64,000 bases of DNA from contig DATAVO010000047.1 of assembly GCA_036267695.1 (NCBI GenBank), positions 4,364 to 68,363 on the forward strand, read 5' to 3'. How positions within the stretch are numbered: the first letter of the stretch is position 1; every line of letters starts with the position of its first letter. Under the pieces are notes generated by a model. It was not told the DNA's origin. It saw only the letters and a program-made list of their open reading frames with translations, and ran no database searches. A program made the position numbers and the translations under genes. The DNA comes from Frankiaceae bacterium. Its GTDB lineage: Bacteria > Actinomycetota > Actinomycetes > Frankiales > Frankiaceae. This document shows positions 40,651 through 49,008 of this stretch, one piece after another.

Positions 40651-43600
40651 TCATCCGCCGGAGCTCCCCGGGCTGGAGTGCCACAACCGGCGCGGGGCAC
40701 TGCGCGCATCTCCGCCGGAGGGCTTGATGTCGGCGTACGGCGAGAGCCGGAACCCGGTGGCGTACTGCTGCGCCCTGCCTCCCGTGAGCCCAGCGCCTCC
40801 GGTGGGCGGATTCACCATGACCGGCCGGCTCGAGCGGCTGGCGGCGGCGCCCTGCACCGCCAACTCGCTGACTCCCGCGGGAGCGGCCATCAGCTGCTCG
40901 ACCGCCGGAATTCCCCCCAGCTCCCACGCGTCTCGCATCGCGGGCAGCTCCCAGCACCCGGTGGCCCGCAGCGACACCCCGCGCGGGCCGGTGCGGCGTA
41001 CGAATCCGCGGATGACCAGCAACCACGAATGGAAGACGGTCGACGCGTAACCAGCCTGGGCATCTTCGAAAAACGTGGCATCGAGCGGCCCGGTCGCGTC
41101 ATCGAGGGTCACGAAGACGACTCGACGGCCGGATCGGACCGGCGGGGTCTGGGTGGCCACCTTCACCCCGGCGATGAGCACTTCCTGCTTGCTGCGACAA
41201 CCCATGAGGTCGCGAGACCGGGTGATGCCCATCGCCGCTATGAACGGCTCGTAGAAATCCACCACGTGACGGGTGACATCAAGGCCGAGCACCTCGAGCT
41301 CCGCCCGCAGCTGCTCCGCGCCGGTGAGCTCCGGGAGGCCGGAGGCGGTGATGGCCGAAGGGTCGTCACCGAGCGGAAGCGCGAGCTGAACCTGATCCGC
41401 CTCACTGCCCGGCCCGCGCGGGGCTTGCGACTGTCGCGCAGCCTGCTCCACCACGCCCCTACCTCCGACGCTCCCGACTCCCCCGACTCCCCCGACTCCC
41501 CCGGCGCTCCCGACTCCCCCGGCATCTGAGGTGAGGGGCTCGGCCCGGCGGGAGCGTCGCGCCTGCCGTCCGGAACTGCGTGCCACCGCCCGGCTCCACC
41601 GGTCGAGCTCGGTCACCTGCAAAAGCAGATCCCGGCGGGTGATCCGGCCGCGCCGGCGCACCGGCGCCGCCAGCCCGATGCCGTAAAGCGAATCGAATCC
41701 CCCTGCCAATACGAGCCTTTCGACGATCGGACGGGAGGCACGCGCCCGGTGCCAGAAGTCCGACAGAGACCCGTAGGGACGTCCGGCGACGATGCTCTCG
41801 ACCTCTGCCGAACTGATTCCCTTCACCTCCGCCAGCGCCATCCGGATCCCGTAACTGCGCGCATCGGGAAGCCGGGGATCCAGCGGCGGATAGCGGGACG
41901 GGGCATCGAGCACGGCAGGGGGCGGTTCGCTGAACATGCCGATGCGCTCCATGCGATAGACGCTGTCGGACTGGTTGACATCGAGACCGAGGATGGCGAT
42001 GCCGAACTGGCGGGCGTCATCGAGGATCAACCGCTTGGGATACATCCCGGGATCGTGGGTGAGCACGCCGGCCAGAAAGGCAGCGGTGTGATGGGCTTTC
42101 AGCCACGCCGACTGATACGTGGGTAACGCGAACGCCGCGGCATGGGCCTTGCAGAATCCGAAGGATCCGAAGGCTTTGAGCACTTCCCAGACCCGCTCGA
42201 CGGTCGCCAGGTCATAGCCGGCTCGCAGCGCCGCCGGTACGAACGCGGCCCGGACCTCCTGCTGAAGGTCGGGATCTCCCAGCGCGCGGCGGGCCTCGTC
42301 AGCCTCGGCCAGCGAGATCTTGGTCATCTGCGCCACGATTTGCAGCACCTGCTCGTGGAAGACGACAACCCCGCCGGTGTCAGCCAGATACGGCTCCAGA
42401 TCGGGATGCAGATAGCGCGCCTCGCTCCAACCCTGGCGGGCTTCCAGGAAGGGGGTCACCATGTCGCTCTTCACCGGGCCGGGGCGAAAAAGCGAGATGT
42501 CGATGATGACGTCCTCGAAGGTCTCCGGGGCGAATTTGCCCACCAGCTCACGCTGGCCCGGCGACTCGATCTGAAAACAGCCGAGGGTGCGGGTGGACTG
42601 CACGAGCGCGAAGGTCGCCGGATCGGCGCGGTCGATCTCGTCGATGTCGACCTCGGCCCCATCGACCCGCTGCACTTCCGCAAGGGCATGGGCGATGGCG
42701 GACTGCATGCGGATGCCCAGCAGATCGAGCTTGAGCAGACCCAGATCTTCGACGTCATCCTTGTCGAACTGGCTCATCGGGAAGCCCAGATAGCTCGCCT
42801 CGACGGGGGTGCGCTCCAGCAGGGTCGCATCCGATAGCAGCACCCCGCAGGGATGCAACGCGATGTGGCGCGGGAGCCCGTCGAGCCGCTCCACGAGGCG
42901 CAGCAGCAGATCCAGCCGCTCGGCGGACAACCCGCTGGAGCGCAACTCAGGAAGCTCGCGCATCGCGGCACGCACCTGGCTGGCGCGAATGTGCGGGAAT
43001 GCCTTGGCCACCGCATCGATCTCGCCGGGAGGCAACCCGAGCGCCCCGCCGACATCACGGATCGCATGGCGGGCCCGGTAGGTATCCATCATGGCGACGC
43101 AGGCACACCGCTCTCCGCCATAGCGGGCAAGAACTTTTTCGTAGACCTCGGTGCGCCGAGCGGACTCGACATCGATGTCCACATCGGGCAGCTGATGACG
43201 AAGCGGCGAAAGGAACCGCTCCATCAGAAGGCCGTACCGCAGCGGATCGACGTCGGAAACGCCCGTGAGATAGGTGACCAGGCTGCCGGCGCCCGACCCG
43301 CGAGCCGCGCAACGCACTCCCATTTCCCGGATCAGGTCGACCACATCGGCCACGGTGAGGAAGTAGCTCGGATACCCCAGCGACCGGATGATGTTCAACT
43401 CGGCATCGAGCCGCTCGCTGACTTCCCGTGATGCCGGCATGCCGCGGCGGACGAGCCCCGCCTCGCAACGGGCACGCAGTACGAGATCGGCATCAGCACC
43501 CGCAATGCCGCCGCCGGACACTTCCAGCTCCGGAAAGTGGATCTCACCGATTCCGAGATCGGCTTTGGGATCCAGCACACAACGTTCAGCGATCTGCCGG

Positions 43601-44508
43601 GATCGGATGAGCAGGCTCCTGCCACCGTCGGTGAAACCGGCGGCACGCGCGACTTCCTCGGCGATCCCGCCCATCTCCTTGCCGGACTTCAGATAGCCCT
43701 CGGCATTGACCCGGCCGACGTGGCGCGCATCGAGAGCGACCAGCAATCGCGACGCATCGAGAACATCAGCCACTGGAGCATCGCTGCGATCGGCATAACG
43801 CACCTCATTGGTGAGCACCACCGGTAGCCCGGATGCTGCACCGAACCCGGCCCACCTGCCCGCCCGCGCCAGCTCGCTCCGGCCACGGTGATGAACGACC
43901 TCGAGCTGCAACTCGCCCGGCTCTGGCAACGCCGCTCGCCAACGCGCGAGATGAGCGGCAGCGAGCTCCTCGCGGCGCAAGGCCAGCGCCTGGGCAGCCT
44001 CGGACTTCGGCCCCATCATTGCGATGAGCGCACCGCCCGCCGCACGAGCGGCCTCGGCATGCTCAGCGATCAGTTCAAGGGTGGTGATCGGGGTGCCGCG
44101 CTCCCCCGCCAGATGCGTCGCCGTCACCAGCCTGCACAGGGCTCCCCAGCCCGGCCGCCCGACAGCAAGCATGGTGACCCGCGGCAAACCCGGATCGATG
44201 AAGGTGCCGCCGCGGGCCGGCCCGGTGGAGGGCGGAGCAGATGACGGCCGACGGCCTTTCGGCGACGCGTGATCACCCGAAAGCGACACCGGAGCAACAG
44301 CGAGATCGGTACCGAGCACCGGCCGGATGCCCTCACGCTGGCAGGCCTTCGCGAAGCGAACAGCCCCATAGACCCCATCCCGATCGGTCAGCGCAAGAGC
44401 ATCCATCCCGTGCTCTGCAGCCCGGGCGGCAAGCAGATGAGGATGTGAGGCGCCGTGGCGCAGCGAATAACCGGACGCCACATGGAGATGTACGAAGTAC
44501 TCGGACAT
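40651..44508 (-). CDS. dnaE2: DnaE2-type (error-prone) DNA polymerase III alpha homologue, 1285 aa
   Basis: PHP motif is HLHVASGYSLRHGAS...ALALTDRDGVYGAVRFAKAC. Polymerase motifs are LPDVDIDVESARR, GCFQIESPGQRELVGK and FGFCKAHAAAFALPTYQSAWLK. It is a second alpha-subunit gene, distinct from the dnaE1 fragment at 1..1083. Confidence 0.85.
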   Translation of the reverse strand: MSEYFVHLHVASGYSLRHGASHPHLLAARAAEHGMDALALTDRDGVYGAVRFAKACQREGIRPVLGTDLAVAPVSLSGDHASPKGRRPSSAPPSTGPARGGTFIDPGLPRVTMLAVGRPGWGALCRLVTATHLAGERGTPITTLELIAEHAEAARAAGGALIAMMGPKSEAAQALALRREELAAAHLARWRAALPEPGELQLEVVHHRGRSELARAGRWAGFGAASGLPVVLTNEVRYADRSDAPVADVLDASRLLVALDARHVGRVNAEGYLKSGKEMGGIAEEVARAAGFTDGGRSLLIRSRQIAERCVLDPKADLGIGEIHFPELEVSGGGIAGADADLVLRARCEAGLVRRGMPASREVSERLDAELNIIRSLGYPSYFLTVADVVDLIREMGVRCAARGSGAGSLVTYLTGVSDVDPLRYGLLMERFLSPLRHQLPDVDIDVESARRTEVYEKVLARYGGERCACVAMMDTYRARHAIRDVGGALGLPPGEIDAVAKAFPHIRASQVRAAMRELPELRSSGLSAERLDLLLRLVERLDGLPRHIALHPCGVLLSDATLLERTPVEASYLGFPMSQFDKDDVEDLGLLKLDLLGIRMQSAIAHALAEVQRVDGAEVDIDEIDRADPATFALVQSTRTLGCFQIESPGQRELVGKFAPETFEDVIIDISLFRPGPVKSDMVTPFLEARQGWSEARYLHPDLEPYLADTGGVVVFHEQVLQIVAQMTKISLAEADEARRALGDPDLQQEVRAAFVPAALRAGYDLATVERVWEVLKAFGSFGFCKAHAAAFALPTYQSAWLKAHHTAAFLAGVLTHDPGMYPKRLILDDARQFGIAILGLDVNQSDSVYRMERIGMFSEPPPAVLDAPSRYPPLDPRLPDARSYGIRMALAEVKGISSAEVESIVAGRPYGSLSDFWHRARASRPIVERLVLAGGFDSLYGIGLAAPVRRRGRITRRDLLLQVTELDRWSRAVARSSGRQARRSRRAEPLTSDAGGVGSAGGVGGVGGVGSVGGRGVVEQAARQSQAPRGPGSEADQVQLALPLGDDPSAITASGLPELTGAEQLRAELEVLGLDVTRHVVDFYEPFIAAMGITRSRDLMGCRSKQEVLIAGVKVATQTPPVRSGRRVVFVTLDDATGPLDATFFEDAQAGYASTVFHSWLLVIRGFVRRTGPRGVSLRATGCWELPAMRDAWELGGIPAVEQLMAAPAGVSELAVQGAAASRSSRPVMVNPPTGGAGLTGGRAQQYATGFRLSPYADIKPSGGDARSAPRRLWHSSPGSSGG

Positions 44509-44534
44509 GCAACCCGCGCTTTCGAGCTCTAGTA

Positions 44535-45011
44535 CTAGGCGGACAGCGAAAGCGACGGCTGCTGCACCAGGCCCAGCAGAGCAAGCACCGCAAGCAGGAA
44601 GTGCTCGGCATCCCGGATCAGATCATCGGCTTCACGCTGGCTGACGACCGGGCGCCCGGCTTCGGCAGCGGCACGCTTTCCGGCTCCGGCCGCAAAGAAG
44701 GCAGCCCACTCACCGAGCTCGGGAGCGACATCCTGCAGCAGCCGCCAGGCACTGACCGGGCGGCCGCGCCGGCTCTGCGGACGGGTGCGGGCAGCCAGCA
44801 CTGCGGCTGCAGCACGCAACGCGGCCAGATGAGCGAGCGCGTAACGCTCCCCGCTGACGCGGGCTCCTTCCGCATCGGCCAGGCCCTGCCGGGACGCGGA
44901 GAGCAACCCGCCGACGGCGCGCGGCAATGCCTTGGCCCGGGCTTGAACCTGCGCACGGGCCATGCTTTTCGCGGGATGGCTCTTCGCGGGATGCGAATCA
45001 GAGACGGTCAT
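44535..45011 (-). CDS. small HEPN-like protein (resembles the SAV_6107 family)
   Basis: 158 aa. Contains ERYALAHLAALRAAAAVLAARTRP...SAWRLLQDVAPELGEWAAFFAAGAGKRAAAEAG...READDLIRDAEHFL. The family was recognised from memory, not searched. Confidence 0.6.
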   Translation of the reverse strand: MTVSDSHPAKSHPAKSMARAQVQARAKALPRAVGGLLSASRQGLADAEGARVSGERYALAHLAALRAAAAVLAARTRPQSRRGRPVSAWRLLQDVAPELGEWAAFFAAGAGKRAAAEAGRPVVSQREADDLIRDAEHFLLAVLALLGLVQQPSLSLSA

Positions 45012-45454
45012 CAGTCATGTACCTCCACCAGCTGCCAGCTACCGAGTGACCAGAGAAAACAAAGGTCATAGATCCCGGGGGACGCGGATCGGCCTGCTGC
45101 CGCTTCCACCCGCCAGAACTCCTGCTCGCCGTCATCGATGGAGGCCGGACCCATCGACGCGCCCACATCCGGCGCCGGCTCACCCCACGCCCGCTGAGCC
45201 CACTTGGGTGATGCCGGGATCGGCGCCAGCACCAGGTCGGAACCTGTGGACCTTGCGGATCTTGTGGATTTCGTGGGCTGGGCATCGCTGCCGGTGCCCA
45301 ACGCCATCGCCGAAACAGACGCCCACCACTGACCGGACTCGAACCAGTGCTCCAGCACGTCTTTGACGACGTAGAGGCGCGAGCGCCAGAGGAACTGTGC
45401 CGGCGCATCATCGCGCCGGCGCACATCGATCGGCTCGGCATGACGCCTACCCAT
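45011..45454 (-). CDS. small conserved protein (resembles DUF6504)
   Basis: 147 aa. Contains PAQFLWRSRLYVVKDVLEHWFESGQWW...EFWRVEAAAGR...GIYDLCFLWSLGSWQLVEV. GAGGGAGG lies 5 nt before the ATG. There is a TGATG overlap with the HEPN-like gene. The family assignment is from memory. Confidence 0.6.
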   Translation of the reverse strand: MGRRHAEPIDVRRRDDAPAQFLWRSRLYVVKDVLEHWFESGQWWASVSAMALGTGSDAQPTKSTRSARSTGSDLVLAPIPASPKWAQRAWGEPAPDVGASMGPASIDDGEQEFWRVEAAAGRSASPGIYDLCFLWSLGSWQLVEVHD

Positions 45455-45613
45455 GAACGCCTCCCTCCCCGAGACACCGGCTGGCGATTAACCCGCTGGG
45501 CTCGCCGGGGGAAGGCGACGATGCCGGCAGGCAACGCCGCTTCCCCACGACGCCGCCTGCCGACAGCTCCTGCTCGCCCGTACGCTGGATGGGAACGCTG
45601 CGAGCTGGTGTAC

Positions 45614-45627
45614 CGAACATACGTTCG
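45614..45627. promoter_or_regulatory. LexA (SOS/Cheo) box CGAACATACGTTCG
   Basis: This is a perfect GAAC-N4-GTTC palindrome (context cCGAACATACGTTCGa) about 160 nt upstream of the DUF6504-like start. On the coding (minus) strand the box contains TATGTT, a TAnnnT -10-like hexamer. Confidence 0.75.
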
Positions 45628-45938
45628 ATGACGCGGTGGGTCAAGCCTTTTACGGCCGGAACAGTCGATCAGCCGAACTCGCGGTTGCGCCACTGGCAGC
45701 GGCCGCCAGCAAATCCGGTCGCCCTGGCGACCGCTGCTGCCGGCAGTGGTCGCGTACGCGTGTGGGAGCGCTCGAGCGTGCCGTGACGCTTACGCGCCGC
45801 TCGGAGGCCCCTGCGTTTCGGCCGGCGCCACTAACTGGCGGCCATATATGACGGCGAACTGGTGGCGCCCCGCCCGCGTAGCCGCGGTCACCAGTCAGGT
45901 CAGCCGGCGCGGTCCGCCGGCGCGGTCCGCCGGGGCGG

Positions 45939-46265
45939 TCAGCCGGCGCGGTCCGCCGGCGCACCGCTCCCGTCGGATCGCAGCACGAAGCGCCGGTTGC
46001 AGGAGTGACACCACCAGCCGCCGCGCTCCCCTACGGGCTCGAGGTCTTCCTCGCCGCAGTAAGGGCAGTAGAACGGCACCGCGCGCTCGCCGCCGGGGCC
46101 GGCTGAGCCGCCGGGGCCGGCTGAGCCGCCGGGGCCGGCTGAGCCACCGGGACCGGCTGAGCCACCCGAGCCGGCTGAGCCACCCGAGCCGGCTGAGCCA
46201 CCCGAGCCGGCTGAGCCACCCGCACCACCCGCACCAACGGAACCCGGGTCAGCAGGCGTACTCAC
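45939..46265 (-). CDS. small zinc-ribbon protein with a Gly/Ser/Ala/Pro repeat N-terminus (possibly CysX-like)
   Basis: The GTG at 46265 lies 13 nt after the sirA stop. The C-terminus FYCPYCGEEDLEPVGERGGWWCHSCNRRF is a CxxC...CxxC ribbon. The ORF-track start at 46454 lies inside sirA. Confidence 0.65.
   Translation of the reverse strand: MSTPADPGSVGAGGAGGSAGSGGSAGSGGSAGSGGSAGPGGSAGPGGSAGPGGSAGPGGERAVPFYCPYCGEEDLEPVGERGGWWCHSCNRRFVLRSDGSGAPADRAG
46092..46217. repeat. 7 tandem copies of an 18-bp unit, in frame within the zinc-ribbon gene
   Basis: Three copies of gccggggccggctgagcc, then accgggaccggctgagcc, then three copies of acccgagccggctgagcc. On the minus strand these encode (GSAGPG/GSAGSG) repeats. 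Confidence 0.85.
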
Positions 46266-46278
46266 GGGCGACCCCGGC

Positions 46279-47916
46279 TCAGACCAGGACCGACTCGTCG
46301 GCCCGGCGCACCCACGACGCGAAGCTCTCGCCCTCGGTGCGATCGCCCTGGAAGGTGAGCAGGATTCGCTCGACGAAATCCGGTAGCTCGGCGGCCGTGA
46401 CCTTGAGCCCGCGCACCTTGCGACCGAGCGCCGCCTCGACCCCCAGCGATCCACCGAGATGGATCTGGAAGCCTTCCTCGCCGCCGATGAGCGAACCCTT
46501 CAACCCGATGTCGGCCACCTGGAAGCGGGCACACGCATTGGGGCAGCCATTGACATTGATCCCGATGGGCTCGTCGAACTCGGGCATGCGCCGCTCGAGC
46601 TCGTCGATGAGTTCGCTCGCGAGCGCCTTGGTCTCGACGATCGCCAGCTTGCAGAATTCCAGCCCGGTGCACGCCATCGTCGAGCGCCGGAAGGACGAGG
46701 GGAACACCTGGAGATCGAGCGCCGCCAGAGCAGCCACGAGCCCGTCGACGTCGGTGACGCCCAGGATGATCATCTTCTGCTCGGTCGTGGTGCGCACCTG
46801 ACCGGAGCCGAAAGTGTCGGACAGTTCGGCAATCTGGCGCAGCAGCGAACCGGACACCCGCCCGACCCGCGGGGCGAACCCGACCGCCGACGTGCCGTCG
46901 CGCAAGGCGGTCACACCGACGTGGTCACGACGCTTCGCACGCGGCGTTTCCGGAGCCGGGCCGTCAGGCAGCGGGTAGCCGAGGTACTCCTTCTCCAGCA
47001 CCTCCCGGAAACGCTCGGGACCCCAGTCGGCGACCAGGAACTTCAACCGCGCCCGGGTACGCGAGCGCCGGTAGCCGTAATCGCGGAAGATCGACGTGAC
47101 CCCGGCCCAGACGTCGGGCAGCTCCTCCTCGGTGACGAAAACCCCAAGCCGCACAGCGAGTTTCGGGTTGGTCGACAGCCCCCCGCCGACCCACAAGTCA
47201 TACCCGGCGGCGCCGTCAGGACCATTGACGCCGACGAACGAGATGTCGTTGATCTCGTGGATCGTGCAGTGATCGGGGCAGCCCGAGATCGCGGTCTTGA
47301 ACTTGCGCGGCAGGTTGGAGAACTCCGGCGACCCGATGTGGCGCCGGGACACCTCGGCGATGGCCGACGTGCCGTCGATGATCTCGTTTGCTTCGTCACC
47401 GGCGAGCGGGCAGCCCAGGATGACGCGCGGGGTGTCGCCGCAGGCCTCGGTGGTGGACAGCCCGGTCGCTTCCAGCCGCTGCCAGATCGCCGGCACGTCT
47501 TCGATGCGAATCCAGTGCAGCTGGATGTTCTGGCGATCCGTGACGTCTGCGGTATCTCGGCCGTACTCGGTGCTGACGTCAGCGATGGCCCGCAGCTGTT
47601 CAGCGGTCAGCCGGCCGCCGTCGATACGTACCCGGAGCATGAAGAACTTGTCGTCGAGCTCCTCCGGCTCCAGCGATCCGGTGAGGCCCCCGCCGATCCC
47701 CGGACGGCGCTGCGTGTAAAGCCCCCACCAACGCATCCGGCCGCGCAGATCGCTGGGGTCGATCGCATCGAATCCCCGATGGGCGTAGACGTTTTCGATG
47801 CGCTGACGGACGTTGAGTCCGTCGTCATCCTTCTTGAAACGCTCGTTGGCGTTAAGCGGCTCACGGTGACCCAGAGCCCACTGGCCCTGACCGGTGCTGC
47901 GCTGCGGCGCGGGCAT
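46279..47916 (-). CDS. sirA: ferredoxin-dependent sulfite reductase (NirA/SirA type)
   Basis: The ATG at 47916 (MPAPQRSTGQGQWALGHREPLNANERFKKDDDGL) has GGGAGGA 9 nt upstream. The siroheme/4Fe-4S motifs are CTGLEFCKLA and NVNGCPNACAR. The ORF-track start at 48264 adds an implausible leader. Confidence 0.88.
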   Translation of the reverse strand: MPAPQRSTGQGQWALGHREPLNANERFKKDDDGLNVRQRIENVYAHRGFDAIDPSDLRGRMRWWGLYTQRRPGIGGGLTGSLEPEELDDKFFMLRVRIDGGRLTAEQLRAIADVSTEYGRDTADVTDRQNIQLHWIRIEDVPAIWQRLEATGLSTTEACGDTPRVILGCPLAGDEANEIIDGTSAIAEVSRRHIGSPEFSNLPRKFKTAISGCPDHCTIHEINDISFVGVNGPDGAAGYDLWVGGGLSTNPKLAVRLGVFVTEEELPDVWAGVTSIFRDYGYRRSRTRARLKFLVADWGPERFREVLEKEYLGYPLPDGPAPETPRAKRRDHVGVTALRDGTSAVGFAPRVGRVSGSLLRQIAELSDTFGSGQVRTTTEQKMIILGVTDVDGLVAALAALDLQVFPSSFRRSTMACTGLEFCKLAIVETKALASELIDELERRMPEFDEPIGINVNGCPNACARFQVADIGLKGSLIGGEEGFQIHLGGSLGVEAALGRKVRGLKVTAAELPDFVERILLTFQGDRTEGESFASWVRRADESVLV

Positions 47917-48315
47917 GCGCGTGGATCCTCCCACTTGAAAATCTGGAGATCTGGCCGACGGGGTGATGTGCGCACAAGCGGTTTGCCTGCGCCGCGCGCT
48001 CGGGCACAGCGACGCGCGATCGCTTTTCCGCCGATGGTCACAAGTCTCGCACAAGTGGCTGCTCCGGCGAATGTGACTGCGCTCATGCACGATGACGAGG
48101 AGCCCGCGAACAGCGTCACGGAAAGCCCGCGACCCCCCTCGGGAATGGATCCGTGGCCCCGGTTGTACTGTTACAACGTGTCCTTGATGCTCGTAGCGCG
48201 GCTGCACGTCGATCTGCAGCGCGTCTCGAGCGCGGTCTGTCGGTAGCGGTAGCTGACGCGTCACCTATGACGCGTCCCTCCCGCCTCGCCCACCCAGACC
48301 TGCCTAAGGACCCCT

Positions 48316-49008
48316 GTGACCTGCCTCGATCTGACCACGATGTCTCCGCGCGATCTCGCCGAGCGGGCTGGTGACGAGCTCGAGGGCGCACCTCCGCTCG
48401 AGGTGATGCGCTGGGCGATCGACCGCTTCAGCCCGCGCTTCGCGATCACCGCGTCCATGCAGGACACCGTGATCCTGCATATGAGCTCGCGTATCGACCA
48501 TGACGTGCCCGTGGTCTTCCTCGACACCGGCTACCACTTCGCGGAGACGATCGGCACGGCCGACGCCGTCGAGTCGGTTTACGGTCTCAACCTTCTTCGC
48601 GTGCGCCCGCAGCTCACCGTGCAGGAGCAGGACGCGACCTACGGCAAGGATCTCTTCGCCCGCGACCCCGATGCTTGCTGCCGGATGCGCAAGGTCCGCC
48701 CGCTCGAGTCCGCGCTGCGCAGCTACGACGCATACGCCTCAGGGATCCGGCGCGACGAGAGCGATTCCCGCGCGACGGCCCGGGTCGTCGAGTGGGACGA
48801 AGCCCGCGGCAAGGTCAAGATCAACCCACTCGTCGCCTGGGGCCAGGCGGAGATCGACGAGTACATCGAGGCCAATGGCGTTCTGGTCAACCCGCTGCTG
48901 ACGGATGGCTACGGCAGCGTCGGCTGCGCCCCGTGCACCCGTCCCGGCATTGGCCGTGACGGTCGCTGGGCGGGCCAGAGCAAGGTCGAGTGCGGTCTGC
49001 ACGTCTGA
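48316..49008 (+). CDS. cysH: adenosine 5'-phosphosulfate / PAPS reductase (Fe-S type CysH)
   Basis: 230 aa. Contains FLDTGYHF, a CC pair (DPDACCRMRKV), GCAPCT and the C-terminal ECGLH. AAGGA lies 5 nt before the GTG start. Confidence 0.9.
   Translation: MTCLDLTTMSPRDLAERAGDELEGAPPLEVMRWAIDRFSPRFAITASMQDTVILHMSSRIDHDVPVVFLDTGYHFAETIGTADAVESVYGLNLLRVRPQLTVQEQDATYGKDLFARDPDACCRMRKVRPLESALRSYDAYASGIRRDESDSRATARVVEWDEARGKVKINPLVAWGQAEIDEYIEANGVLVNPLLTDGYGSVGCAPCTRPGIGRDGRWAGQSKVECGLHV

Noticed and set aside
45447-45644. 65-aa minus-strand ORF overlapping the LexA box upstream of the DUF6504-like gene
   Set aside because: Its third-position GC bias is clearly weaker than in neighbouring genes, by my rough hand count. 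It has no motifs and would begin inside or upstream of the predicted operator/-10 region. It is more likely a 5' untranslated leader, though a small leaderless peptide cannot be fully excluded.
45700-45940. Imperfect inverted repeats and GGCGCGGTCCGCC direct repeats between the zinc-ribbon gene and the SOS box (for example ggcgccac at 45824 and gtggcgcc at 45862)
   Set aside because: The stems are short or imperfect with long loops, and part of the direct repeat is simply the 3' coding end of the zinc-ribbon gene. This is not enough to call a terminator, an sRNA or a mobile-element end.
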